Shown one piece after another: positions 38,709 to 48,508 of a DNA stretch of 64,000 bases. The stretch comes from an uncultured Novosphingobium sp. (GTDB taxonomy: Bacteria; Pseudomonadota; Alphaproteobacteria; Sphingomonadales; Sphingomonadaceae), in contig CAZVWP010000008.1 in the NCBI GenBank assembly GCA_964630805.1, positions 31,721-95,720 of the forward strand, written 5' to 3'. A program made the position numbers and the translations under genes. The notes under the pieces were generated by a model. It searched no databases, was not told the DNA's origin, and worked only from the letters and a program-made list of their open reading frames with translations. The stretch's first letter is position 1. The number at the start of each line of letters is the position of its first letter.

Positions 38709-39933
38709 GGCGAGCGACCCGGCCCGGCCAGCCGGCGATCTCGGGAAGGTCGGCCAGCGCCTCCTGCCAGGTCGCGTGCTCGCAGACGAACCGGCGGGCG
38801 GACAGGCCACGGCTCTGCGCCAGCTTCAGGCTCGACAGTAGCGCGATCGAGGCATTGGCAAGTTCCTCGTCGCTGTCGCCGATGGAAAAGTGCTTGCCGT
38901 CCACCGCGCCGATACCCGTCGCCGCGCCGGGCGAGAGCACGACCGGCAGCGCCATGGCCATGGCCTCGAGCACCTTGTTCTGCACGCCCCGGGCAATTTC
39001 GAGCGGCACGATGGCCAGGTTCGCGCCCTTCAGCCAGCAGCGGATATCGTCCACCCGGCCCCAGACGTGGCAGCCGCCGATCCCGTCGCGAGCGAGCAAT
39101 TCCGGTGCGGGATTGCGGCCGACAACATGGAAGGTCGTTTCGGGCATGACTTCTCGGATTTGCGGGAGGATGCGATCGGCCACTCGCACCGCCGCGGCGA
39201 CATTGGGCTTGTAGTCCATCTGGCCGGTGAAGATCAGCCGCGGATAGGGAAATTCCAGCATGCGGGGCTCTGCCTCGACCATGCGGGGATGGAAGAACTC
39301 GCTGTCGATTCCGTTGGCCAATGCCCGGATGTTCGCCCTCTCCCGCTCCTCCTCGGTCAGCCGCGAAGCAAAGAGTTGCGCCTCGGCCTGAGAGACCAGG
39401 GTGCTGACGTCGGCGCGCGCCGCGAGGCGTGCTTCCTCGTCGCGCAACATGATGCCCTCGCGCTCGTAGATCCAGTTGATCGGCCAGCGGCTAGTCTGGG
39501 CATAGGCGTCGAACTTGGCGGAATCCGCATCGACGAAATCGACGACAACCCGACCGGTGAAGGATGCCGGGATGTACTGGCCCATCTGGATGGAGAACAC
39601 ATAGATGGTTGAGATAGAACGAATTTCCAGAATCTCGGCAACGTAATCCGCGATCTGGGCATCGTAAAAGGCGTTAAGGCTCACCGGCTGATGCGCGAGC
39701 AGTGCCCTGATCCCGGCTACGGCAAGCGGCCGGGTGCGGCGCACCAGCCGGTAGCTCGCGGCCAGTGACGCCAGCTCCGCTTCCTCGGCAAGGTCGGCAT
39801 CGTCATCGACGAAGGTGGCCACATGCACCGGTGCGATTCGGGCCAGTCGCTTGAGAATATGGTGCGAACGGATCTTGTCGCCGCGATCGGGCGGAAACGG
39901 GATCCGGTGGGAAAGGAACAGGATTTCTCGCAT
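38698..39933 (-). CDS. PEP-CTERM/XrtA system glycosyltransferase (GT4)
   Basis: HRIPFPPDRGDKIRS, FTGQMDYKPN and ARGVQNKVLEAMAM. Confidence 0.92.
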   Translation of the reverse strand: MREILFLSHRIPFPPDRGDKIRSHHILKRLARIAPVHVATFVDDDADLAEEAELASLAASYRLVRRTRPLAVAGIRALLAHQPVSLNAFYDAQIADYVAEILEIRSISTIYVFSIQMGQYIPASFTGRVVVDFVDADSAKFDAYAQTSRWPINWIYEREGIMLRDEEARLAARADVSTLVSQAEAQLFASRLTEEERERANIRALANGIDSEFFHPRMVEAEPRMLEFPYPRLIFTGQMDYKPNVAAAVRVADRILPQIREVMPETTFHVVGRNPAPELLARDGIGGCHVWGRVDDIRCWLKGANLAIVPLEIARGVQNKVLEAMAMALPVVLSPGAATGIGAVDGKHFSIGDSDEELANASIALLSSLKLAQSRGLSARRFVCEHATWQEALADLPEIAGWPGRVARHAA

Positions 39934-41009
39934 CAGCCCAGCCCCCTCGCGATCCACGGGCCCAGCCGGTTGGCCACGGCCAGCGGCAGCCGGCGCCAGA
40001 TGGCGATCTGCAGGGCGTGGCGGACGCTGGTCGGATCGGCATCGCGCGGTTCGGAGCCGGGCGCGGTCCAGGCCGCATAGCTGAGCGGCTCGGGCTCGAA
40101 CCCCCAGTTCCGCTTGAAATGGTAGGCGCCGCTGCCGGTCTTGGAGCGGCCGAAGTCGAAATGGGTGCAGCAGCGCCGCCGGGCGTGGAGCATCAGCTCG
40201 AAATACATCCGGTCGTTGGCGCGCAGCCGCCGCGCTTCCCAGGTGCCGCCGCCCCAATAGGGCATGACCGCGCCCTTGTGATAAAGCGAGAGCACGGAGG
40301 CGACGGGCAGGCCCTCGTGCCGCACGGTCAGGATGTCGGCATTCTCGCCGAAGCGGTCGAGCACGGCATCGAACAGGCCGCGCGGAAATACCGGGGTGCC
40401 GAGATTGCGAACGCTTTCCGCATAGACCGCATAATGCGCCGCGCGATCCGCCTCGTTCCGGCCGACGGAGACATCGAGCGGCCGTTCCAGGCTCTTGCGC
40501 ACTTCCGCTCGCTGCTTGCGGGGAATGGCGAGCAGTTGCGCCTCGTCATCTGTCGCCAGCGGATTGATGAAACCGCAGTGGGAATCGCGCTTCGTGCGCC
40601 ACCCCTCGCGCCCTTCAGGCAGCGGCCCGCCGCGCAGTTCAATCTCCGGCACGGACAGCCGCAAGGCCAGTTCTTCGGCAGTGGCAAACAGCATGTCCGC
40701 ATCGGCGCCATCGGTCACCAAGGCGCCGCCACCAACGGCAAAGCCGGTGGAAGCGAGCATGCGGCCGAACACCGGCGAGTGGATACAGCTGAGCGGCAGG
40801 TAGCCCTGCAGCTCTCTGCCCCGTTCGACGATCAGCGTCAGGGCCTGGTTGCCGGTGCCGCAGGCCACTGCCTCCAGCCATGCCGGACGGTGGAACGGCG
40901 TCGCATCTTCATGCGCGGCGAGGAAGCCCTCGATACGGGCCTGTTCGCTGGGATCGCCAAGATCGGCGATGCGCACCTTCTGGCGGAGCGGGAGGAAAGG
41001 CGCGTTCAT
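39933..41009 (-). CDS. FemAB-related protein, PEP-CTERM system-associated
   Basis: TPFHRPAW, PRKQRAEVRK, SVRNLGTPVF and FDFGRSK...FK.NWGF. Confidence 0.92.
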   Translation of the reverse strand: MNAPFLPLRQKVRIADLGDPSEQARIEGFLAAHEDATPFHRPAWLEAVACGTGNQALTLIVERGRELQGYLPLSCIHSPVFGRMLASTGFAVGGGALVTDGADADMLFATAEELALRLSVPEIELRGGPLPEGREGWRTKRDSHCGFINPLATDDEAQLLAIPRKQRAEVRKSLERPLDVSVGRNEADRAAHYAVYAESVRNLGTPVFPRGLFDAVLDRFGENADILTVRHEGLPVASVLSLYHKGAVMPYWGGGTWEARRLRANDRMYFELMLHARRRCCTHFDFGRSKTGSGAYHFKRNWGFEPEPLSYAAWTAPGSEPRDADPTSVRHALQIAIWRRLPLAVANRLGPWIARGLG

Positions 41010-41887
41010 GCCGCCTCCGGCATAGTGGCGCGGGCGGCCTCGCGGGCGGCCAATTCATCCATCCGGCCCCAGCGGAATTCGCCGACCAACTGGCGCAGCT
41101 TGGCGGCCATCTGGTCAAGATTGGTGTAATGCCGCAGCTTCGACTTGAGCGGGGCATTATCCACGCGCGGCTGCTCGGGGTCGATTTCCCAGGGATGGAA
41201 ATAGAACACCGCCGGGCGGCCCTCGCGCCTGTTTACCTGCCGGATCGCCCAGCGGGTAAAGCCATAGGGCAAGACGCGGAAGAACCCGCCTCCCCCCGCT
41301 GCCATGCGCCGGCCGGCGAACATGGCGGTGGTCACCGGCACTTCCACCAGTTCGGCACCCGGCAGCGGATGGAAGGCAAATCGCGGCGCCTCGGGCCAGC
41401 CGTAATGGTCATGCACGACAGGCGCGATGCTGGAGCTGTAGGCATAGCCCTGCCTGGCGAGTTCTTCATGGGCCCAGGGCGTGCGGGCATCGATCGAGAA
41501 GCTCGGCGCGCGGTAGCCGGTCACCCGCGAGCCCGAAGCGTCCTCGATCGCCTTGCGGCTGCGATCAAGGTCCTGGGCGAAGCGCCCCCGGTCCATGGTG
41601 AAGACCCGGGCATGGTCCCAGCCGTGACTAGCCAGTTCATGGCCGGCCTCGGCGAATCGCCGCATCAGCGCGGGATGGCGCTCCGCCACCCAGCCCAGGG
41701 TGAAGAAGGTCGCCTGCACCCCGGCCTCGGAGAACATGGCGAGGATCAGGTCGCAGTTGCGTTCGACCCTTTGCGTCAGCCCTTCCCAGCTGCCTCGTTC
41801 GATCACATTTTCGAAGGCGCCGACGTGGAACCAGTCCTCGACATCGACGGACAATCCATTTGCCGGCATTTCGGGTTCCACGGGCAA
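41006..41887 (-). CDS. XrtA system polysaccharide deacetylase
   Basis: SVDVEDWFHV, ATFFTLGWVA, HELASHG, YRAPSFS and YFHPWEID. Confidence 0.93.
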   Translation of the reverse strand: MPVEPEMPANGLSVDVEDWFHVGAFENVIERGSWEGLTQRVERNCDLILAMFSEAGVQATFFTLGWVAERHPALMRRFAEAGHELASHGWDHARVFTMDRGRFAQDLDRSRKAIEDASGSRVTGYRAPSFSIDARTPWAHEELARQGYAYSSSIAPVVHDHYGWPEAPRFAFHPLPGAELVEVPVTTAMFAGRRMAAGGGGFFRVLPYGFTRWAIRQVNRREGRPAVFYFHPWEIDPEQPRVDNAPLKSKLRHYTNLDQMAAKLRQLVGEFRWGRMDELAAREAARATMPEAA

Positions 41888-41900
41888 TGCACACTTTCGG

Positions 41901-43265
41901 TCAGGCGGCGGCGCGATGCTGGTCGTCGGCCTCGATCCATTCGATCAACATGGTCAGGGTGTGACGGATCGTGCGGTCCTGCTCGATCAGGCGGTCTTCA
42001 AGCTGGGATAGCCGCTCGTTGAGATCGCCGACGGCGGGATGATCGGCCACGTCGATCTGCTCGGCCGACTTGGCGGCATGGGCTTCATTAGCAAGCGTGA
42101 GCTCGCGCACCGATTCCTGCAGGGCGGCGATCTGCGCATCGCGGTCGGCCAGGGCCTCCTCGAGGCGGGCGATGGCCGGATCCTGGACAGGCTCCTCGGC
42201 GACCTGCGCGTCGCGCGCTTCGCTGGCATTGGCCAGTTCGATCACGGCCTGTTGCAGTTCCGCGATCTGTGCGTCGCGAGCCGCGAGAGCACTTTCGATC
42301 CCGGCAAGTGAAGGCTGCGCGACCGGTTCGGAGGCCGGTGCCGAGGCAATCGGTTCGGGCGCGGCCGAGGCTGGCGTCACGACCTGCGCTGCGGGAACCG
42401 GCTGGCTAGCGGGCGCCGGCGCCTGCTTGGCATGGCGCGAAAGGATCAGCGTGCCGTCCTCGGTAAGCTCGGAAAGCACCTGGCTGAGCATCAGCCCGTC
42501 GATCCGGGTGCGCTTGTCGACCGAGCCCAGCAGCAACAGCCGGTTGACGATCTGGTTGATACGGCGCGGAATGCCGCCCGAGGCGGTGTAGATCTCGTTG
42601 AACACACGCTCGTCGAACGAAGGATTGCCCTCCCAACCGACGCACTTCAGGCGGTGCTCGATGTAGGGCTGAACTTCGGTCGATTCCATCGCGTCGAGGT
42701 GGTGCGTGGCGATCACCCGCTGGCGCAATTGCTCCAGCTCGGGGTGATCGAGCAGAGTCTCGCGGAATTCCGGCTGGCCGAGAAGCAGCGTCTGAAGCAG
42801 CGGGTGCGAGCCGAGCTGGAAGTTCGACAGCATGCGCAGCTCTTCGAGCGCACCGATCGAAAGGTTCTGCGATTCATCGACGATCAGCAGGCACCGCCGC
42901 CCGGCGCGTGCTTCCTCGTGGAGGAAGGCCTCGATCGCACCCAACGCCGAAGCCTTGTCATGCCCGTCGATCAGGAGGCCGAAGGCCTGCGCGACGACAT
43001 GGACCAGCTCTTCCCCGTCGAGCCGGCTGGTGACGACCTGTGCCGCGGTGAGCCGGGCCGGGTCGATGGTCGACATCAGGTGCGCGACCAGGGTCGACTT
43101 GCCGGCGCCGACCTCGCCGGTGATGACGACGAAGCCCTCGCCCTGGGCCAGGCCATAGCCAAGGTACGACAGCGCCTTGCGATGCGTCAGGCTCTCGAAA
43201 TAGAAGGCCGGGTCCGGCGTCAGCTGGAACGGCCTTCCTTTCAGGCCATAAAAATCGTCAAACAT
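41901..43265 (-). CDS. PEP-CTERM system ExeA-like AAA ATPase with coiled-coil C-terminus
   Basis: PFQLTPDP.F, GEVGAGKS, IVDESQNL, LLGQPEF and GGIPRRIN. Confidence 0.92.
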   Translation of the reverse strand: MFDDFYGLKGRPFQLTPDPAFYFESLTHRKALSYLGYGLAQGEGFVVITGEVGAGKSTLVAHLMSTIDPARLTAAQVVTSRLDGEELVHVVAQAFGLLIDGHDKASALGAIEAFLHEEARAGRRCLLIVDESQNLSIGALEELRMLSNFQLGSHPLLQTLLLGQPEFRETLLDHPELEQLRQRVIATHHLDAMESTEVQPYIEHRLKCVGWEGNPSFDERVFNEIYTASGGIPRRINQIVNRLLLLGSVDKRTRIDGLMLSQVLSELTEDGTLILSRHAKQAPAPASQPVPAAQVVTPASAAPEPIASAPASEPVAQPSLAGIESALAARDAQIAELQQAVIELANASEARDAQVAEEPVQDPAIARLEEALADRDAQIAALQESVRELTLANEAHAAKSAEQIDVADHPAVGDLNERLSQLEDRLIEQDRTIRHTLTMLIEWIEADDQHRAAA

Positions 43266-43285
43266 CGTCGTTTCCCCGTCAAATC

Positions 43286-45001
43286 TCAAAATGTGTAGCG
43301 CAGGCCGGCGAGAGCCGAGGCGCTCCAGGAATCGTCGAACGGATCGGGCCGGCTGATCCCCTCGACGCCGAGCGCGGCGCGGGCCGAAAGGTGAGCGGTC
43401 AGATCGTGGTAATAGGCCAGCGTTGCCCCAAAAGACGTGGCATCGCTATCGGAGGCCGATCCAGTTCGGAACCAGTTGGCATAGACGTCGAACGTATAGT
43501 GCGAATTGCGGCCGAGCTTGCCGTTGAGATAGGCCACGGCCCAGTAGTTCTCGTCGATGAGGCCGTTGGAGGCCGCAAGCACCGTGCCGGGCGCGGCGAT
43601 GAACTTGCGGCGGTCATAACCGACGCCGACGCCGAAGGTGGTCCGGCCGAAATCGTAGCTGTAGTTTGCCATCACGCCGCGACCCCGGAAAGTCGCGGAG
43701 CGCAACGATCCCAACGCCCCGGCAAGGCAGTTGCCGCCCTGCAGCGAAGCAACGCAACCACTAATGTTGCCGCTGATCGGATCGCGCACGGCAGTGAACT
43801 CCGCCGGCATTTCCGAAAGCGTGCGGTTGAGCTGGCCGCCGAAGCCGGCGACGTTGTCGTAAACCGAAATATTCAGCGAAGACCGGTCGTTGGGCGCATA
43901 GGAGAAGGAGCCAAAATAGCTGGTCGTGCCGTAGCGGCGGCCGACATGGGCTTCGAGCTGCGTGCGCCGGCTCGGCTTCCAGATGACGCCCGCATCCCAG
44001 ATCAGGCCGGTCGAATCGAAGGCATTGATCCGCGGCTGGCTCTTGTCGGTAACGTAGCGGCCGTTCTCCACCACCGGATCACCGTTGATGTCGCGGACGG
44101 CGTCGCGGGCGGAAATCTTGACGTCCTCGTAACCAACCCCGCCAACCAAGGCGAGCTGCGGCGAAAGCGGCACAAGCACGTCGGCGCGCGCATGGAAATC
44201 GCGCACGCGCTGATCGAGATTGGATATGTCTTCCTGGTAATAGCCCGCTCCGGCGCCCACCCCGATGGGCAGGCCCTGACCTGGACGGGTGCCGATGTGG
44301 ACGCCGGCATCCTGGGCGACGCTCTTGTCGAACAGGTCGGCCTGGCCCGCACCGGGAGCAGTGACGGCATCGTCGCTGTCCACCTTGGTGTAGCCGATGC
44401 GGTAATGGGCATCGACCTTGACGTCGCCGGCATGGGTGGTCAGCGAAGGCCCGGCATAGGCGGAATAGACCTTGCCCGGCCCGCCCCTGCTGGACGTCAC
44501 GCCAAGCCCGCCGGGCGTGCCCTGCAGGCTGCTGCGCTCGGCCAGCGCGCCGGCGTCGATCCGAAGTGCATGCGGCACCACCGAAGCATAGCCGCGCACG
44601 ACGCCGGTGATGAGGTCACCGTCGCGCGCATTGCCATAGCCGATGCGGCGCTCGTAGCGCACAGAGGCGGAGAGTGCATTGTTGCGGCCCGCGATCGTCG
44701 CATCGACGCCGGCGGCGAGCTGAGTCCAGGTGACGGTGTCGCTGCCGGGCGTAAGCTCGGCGCTGACTACCTGAGATGCCTCGATATAGGGCGCGACGTA
44801 GCTCGAGTGGCCGCCGCCCTGCCCGCGACGCCGGTGCTGCCTTTCACCCTTGTCGCCCGATCCGGCAGACGCGTCCCCGCCATTGCCGGACCCGCCGCTG
44901 TCGACGCTGCCATATGCCATGGTCTGGGCGTGGCCCAATGATGACGTCATGGCTGCCAGAACGAGCGCGAGGCCCGTTGCTGCCGCGAACTGGGTTTTCA
45001 T
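43286..45001 (-). CDS. PEP-CTERM system-associated outer membrane beta-barrel protein
   Basis: Signal peptide, amphipathic strands, C-terminal LRYTF; conserved position between kinase and ATPase. Confidence 0.8.
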   Translation of the reverse strand: MKTQFAAATGLALVLAAMTSSLGHAQTMAYGSVDSGGSGNGGDASAGSGDKGERQHRRRGQGGGHSSYVAPYIEASQVVSAELTPGSDTVTWTQLAAGVDATIAGRNNALSASVRYERRIGYGNARDGDLITGVVRGYASVVPHALRIDAGALAERSSLQGTPGGLGVTSSRGGPGKVYSAYAGPSLTTHAGDVKVDAHYRIGYTKVDSDDAVTAPGAGQADLFDKSVAQDAGVHIGTRPGQGLPIGVGAGAGYYQEDISNLDQRVRDFHARADVLVPLSPQLALVGGVGYEDVKISARDAVRDINGDPVVENGRYVTDKSQPRINAFDSTGLIWDAGVIWKPSRRTQLEAHVGRRYGTTSYFGSFSYAPNDRSSLNISVYDNVAGFGGQLNRTLSEMPAEFTAVRDPISGNISGCVASLQGGNCLAGALGSLRSATFRGRGVMANYSYDFGRTTFGVGVGYDRRKFIAAPGTVLAASNGLIDENYWAVAYLNGKLGRNSHYTFDVYANWFRTGSASDSDATSFGATLAYYHDLTAHLSARAALGVEGISRPDPFDDSWSASALAGLRYTF

Positions 45002-46056
45002 TTCCGGTTACCCCCGTAGCCGTAATAGTCGCCGAAGCGGCGGCCGCTCGGGCTGAAGCTGGTGGCGTTGAGCAGAAGCTGGATGTTCGGACAGGCCGAA
45101 AGCAGCGAAATCGCGTCCTCGACAGCGCCCTGGCCGGTGCGGTCGGCCCGCACGACGAGAACCGCCTGACCTGCATACTTGGCGAGCTCGGCGGCGGGCG
45201 AAGCGGCGAGAACCGGCGGCGAATCGAAGATCACCATGCGGTGCGGCGCGCCTTCGGTCAGCCGCGCGATCACCTCGGCCGCACGCGAAGTGCCCAGGTA
45301 TTCAGCATCGGTGTTGGTGGCATTGCCGGCCGGCAGCACCCAGAGCCCGGGCACGTCGGTGCCCATGACATGATCGGCGACATCGGCCCCGGGATCGGTC
45401 AGCGCGTCCATCAGGCCCGGGCCGTCGGGCAGGCCCAGGGTTTCCAGCACAGAGGGCTTGGCGAAATCGGCATCGACCAGAAGAACTTCGCTCTCCTTCT
45501 CGGCGGCGACCGCCAGGGCAAGATTGACGGCGCAGAAAGTCTTGCCGTCGCCGGGGTGCGGCGAGCAGATCAGGATGCGTTGCGCCGCATCGCCCCTGCC
45601 CTGCTGGCGCAGCTCGGCCGATTGGGCGAGCAGCTGGCGCTTGACGATGCGGAACTCTTCCAGCAGCCGGCTCACCGCTTCATCGGGCACGATCATGCCA
45701 AGGCTCTGCAGCTTTTCGCGGTCGATCGGGTGGTGCGGTCCGCGGAATACGACGGGCTGCTTCGCCGGTATTGCGGGCACGGGCGCCTCGGCAACCGGCT
45801 GGGGCGCGGCCTCGGCGGCCGGTTGCGGGGCCGCCCCGGGGACCTTAGGCTCAGCAGCGGCCAGGGCCTCCGGCATGGCCACAAGCGGCTTCGCCTTGCG
45901 CGCGGCGGGGCGCTTGGGCGAAAGGCCGCTTGGCACCGGCGGCAGTTCGATCTTGCCGAAGTCGACGCGGCCGATGGCGCGCTCGATCATGCTCGCACCT
46001 TCCGGCGCGGGCTTCTGCTCGTCTCCGGGCAGCGAAATCTTGGTCGGCTTGTTCAT
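44998..46056 (-). CDS. XrtA-associated tyrosine autokinase (CpsD/CapB-like)
   Basis: EEFRIVKR, SPHPGDGKT, LLVDAD, FDSPP and C-terminal YYGYG. Confidence 0.92.
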   Translation of the reverse strand: MNKPTKISLPGDEQKPAPEGASMIERAIGRVDFGKIELPPVPSGLSPKRPAARKAKPLVAMPEALAAAEPKVPGAAPQPAAEAAPQPVAEAPVPAIPAKQPVVFRGPHHPIDREKLQSLGMIVPDEAVSRLLEEFRIVKRQLLAQSAELRQQGRGDAAQRILICSPHPGDGKTFCAVNLALAVAAEKESEVLLVDADFAKPSVLETLGLPDGPGLMDALTDPGADVADHVMGTDVPGLWVLPAGNATNTDAEYLGTSRAAEVIARLTEGAPHRMVIFDSPPVLAASPAAELAKYAGQAVLVVRADRTGQGAVEDAISLLSACPNIQLLLNATSFSPSGRRFGDYYGYGGNRK

Positions 46057-46066
46057 TCCTGCCCCC

Positions 46067-47593
46067 TCACGCCACCATCCGGACCTGGATGAATTCGACC
46101 GCCAGCAGCAGGCCGAAGATCAGGCCAAGTCCGGCCGCGCCGGCATAGAACAGCCGTTGGCGGCGACGGCGCAGTTCGCGACCGACCTCGTTCACTGTCT
46201 GCGAAATGGCGCCAAGCACCGGCAGGCCAATCGACTTTTCGAGCTTCCCCGCTGTCGCGAAGGTCGAGCGCAGCTGGCCAAGCGCGAAGGCGGCGCCGAT
46301 GCCGGCGGCAACCCCCAGGATCAGCACGCCGACGAGAAGCAGCGGCCGGTTGGGCGCGACCGGAGCGCGAGGCGTGGTCGGCGGATCGACCACCTCGAAC
46401 TTCACCGAATTGCGCTCCGTCTCCACCTGCCCGCGCAGGCGCAGTTCCTCGCGGTCCTGCAGCAGCTTGTCGTACTGCTGCTTGAGCACGTCGTAGTCGC
46501 GGGAGATTCGCTGGGCTTCGGCGGCAAGCTCGGGATTGGAAATCTGGGTGGAGGTCAGCTGGCTGACTTCCGCCTGCAACAGGCCGCGGCGCGACATCAG
46601 GCCCTGGACATTGGCCTGGCGCTCGGCCTTGATCGATTCGAGCGAGGAATAGGCCGGATTAGGCATGCCGCCGGAGGGCGCATTGCCCTCCGCCTGCACC
46701 TGGGCGCGCAGCGAGGTGATCTGGTTCCTGAGCGCGATCACGTCCGGGTGGCCATCGGTTAGCCCCCGCGCGCGCATGCCGGCAAGCTCCGCCGTCGCCT
46801 GGGCCAGAGCGCCCCGCGCGCCGCCGGCGGGACCGGCCCCGGCGATGGTCTGAGGCGTTCCGGCAAGCTGGCCGTTGATCGCCGCCAGCGAGCTCTGCGC
46901 GGCAGCGAGGTCGGCCTCGACGCCGCGCAGTTCCGAGCGCGCCGATTCCAGCCGCGCCAGGCCGCCCGCACCGCCCTGGATCATTTCCGGGTGCTGCGCC
47001 TCGAAGGCCCGGCGGCGCTGTTCGGCCTGCTCGAGCTGCTGCTGCCGGTCGGTCAACTGCTTGTTCATGAAATCGATCGTATCGTTCATCTCGCCACGGC
47101 CGCCGGACATGTTCTGCTCGCGGAAGATGTCGATCATCTTCTGGACGATATCCTGGGCCAGCTTGGCGTTCTCGGCATCGGACAGCGAGCCCCGGCGGCT
47201 TTCCGCGGTGATCTCGAACAGGTTGTCCTGCGGGTTCACCACCTTGATGGTCTTGACCAGGCCGAGAACCGTGGACTCCATCTGCTTCTGCGAAGTGATG
47301 CCCTCGCTCAGACGCGTGGAGCGAACCACCTTTTCTAGGTTCACCGCAGAGACCAGCGTCTGCTGCACGCGGTCGAGATCGCGCTTGCGATCGCTCATCT
47401 TGATGTCGATCTGTTCGGCCAGCGCGTCGTCGAGCTGAACGAAGATACGCGCCTTCGACTGGTAGGTGTTGGGGATCATCGCCACCACCAGCCAGCCAAG
47501 CAGGCAAACCGCCCAGGCCACCGCCAGCGCCAGCCAGCGCCGCTGCCAGACGCTGTGGATCGCGGCGAGGATTTCTTCGTAGATCGAGTTCAT
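46067..47593 (-). CDS. XrtA system polysaccharide chain length determinant
   Basis: Two TMs flanking a coiled coil; PNTYQSKARIFV and F.VVDPP..P..P..PNR. Confidence 0.92.
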   Translation of the reverse strand: MNSIYEEILAAIHSVWQRRWLALAVAWAVCLLGWLVVAMIPNTYQSKARIFVQLDDALAEQIDIKMSDRKRDLDRVQQTLVSAVNLEKVVRSTRLSEGITSQKQMESTVLGLVKTIKVVNPQDNLFEITAESRRGSLSDAENAKLAQDIVQKMIDIFREQNMSGGRGEMNDTIDFMNKQLTDRQQQLEQAEQRRRAFEAQHPEMIQGGAGGLARLESARSELRGVEADLAAAQSSLAAINGQLAGTPQTIAGAGPAGGARGALAQATAELAGMRARGLTDGHPDVIALRNQITSLRAQVQAEGNAPSGGMPNPAYSSLESIKAERQANVQGLMSRRGLLQAEVSQLTSTQISNPELAAEAQRISRDYDVLKQQYDKLLQDREELRLRGQVETERNSVKFEVVDPPTTPRAPVAPNRPLLLVGVLILGVAAGIGAAFALGQLRSTFATAGKLEKSIGLPVLGAISQTVNEVGRELRRRRQRLFYAGAAGLGLIFGLLLAVEFIQVRMVA

Positions 47594-47619
47594 CGGCTGT
47601 GTCTGCCCCCCGGCCGATC

Positions 47620-48282
47620 TCAGAACATGCTTTCGGGGATGATGATCACATCGCCCGGCATGAGCATGACATTGGCGCGGCTATCGCCCTTCTTGAGCAG
47701 GTCGCCCAGCCGCAGCGCGAATTCCTTCTGGTGGCCGCTGGCCTTGTCGAAGCGGATCAGCCGCGCCCGGTTGCCCGAGGCGAATTCCGACAGGCCGCCG
47801 ACCGAGATCATCGCATCGAGCAGCGTCATGTTGGCGCGATAGGGCAGCGAGGCCGGCTTTTCCGTCGCCCCGACCACGCGGACCTGCTGGCTGAAGGTGC
47901 CGGCGAACTTGTTGACGATCACCGAGACCAACGGTTCCTGGATATATTGCGAAAGCTGGAGCTTGATGTCTTCGGCCAACATCGATGGCGTCTTGCCCAC
48001 GGCCGGCATGTCGGTGATCAGCGGCGTGGTGATGCGCCCGTCGGGACGGACCTGCACCTGCGCGCCCAGTTCCGGATTGCGCCAGACGAAGACCGTCAGC
48101 TCGTCGAGCGGGCCGATGACATATTCCTCGCCAGGCCCTTCCTGCATGGCGACAAAGCTGGCCGATGGAAGCTGTGGGCCGCTTGCGGTGCCGGCGCATC
48201 CAGCCAGCATCGCCCCCGCGCCGAGGCACAAGGCAGCCGGCGCGCTACTGGCCAGCAGGCGGGTAAGACGATTGGTTGGCAT
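47620..48282 (-). CDS. PEP-CTERM system polysaccharide export protein (Wza/OPX)
   Basis: Lipobox LAGC; YVIGPLD.L.VFVWRNPEL...VRPDGRITTPL and PGDVIIIPES. Confidence 0.94.
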   Translation of the reverse strand: MPTNRLTRLLASSAPAALCLGAGAMLAGCAGTASGPQLPSASFVAMQEGPGEEYVIGPLDELTVFVWRNPELGAQVQVRPDGRITTPLITDMPAVGKTPSMLAEDIKLQLSQYIQEPLVSVIVNKFAGTFSQQVRVVGATEKPASLPYRANMTLLDAMISVGGLSEFASGNRARLIRFDKASGHQKEFALRLGDLLKKGDSRANVMLMPGDVIIIPESMF

Positions 48283-48508
48283 CGGCTACGTCCTCAACAT
48301 CTCCGGCGGGCCTCCGGGAGCATCGAGCCCCGGCCGGACTTCCGGCATTTGCCGCTCCGCTATCCCCAAAAAGGGTGAACATTGCGTTAGCCTTGATGCC
48401 AAATTGAGGATTCGTGGGGGCTTTTCTGGCCAAGGTCCCAAATCGGGACGGCGCAGGAGCGGCGGGTTAAGGGGCCGATCTCAGGTCCGAAGCGTTCGTC
48501 ATAGGGCT

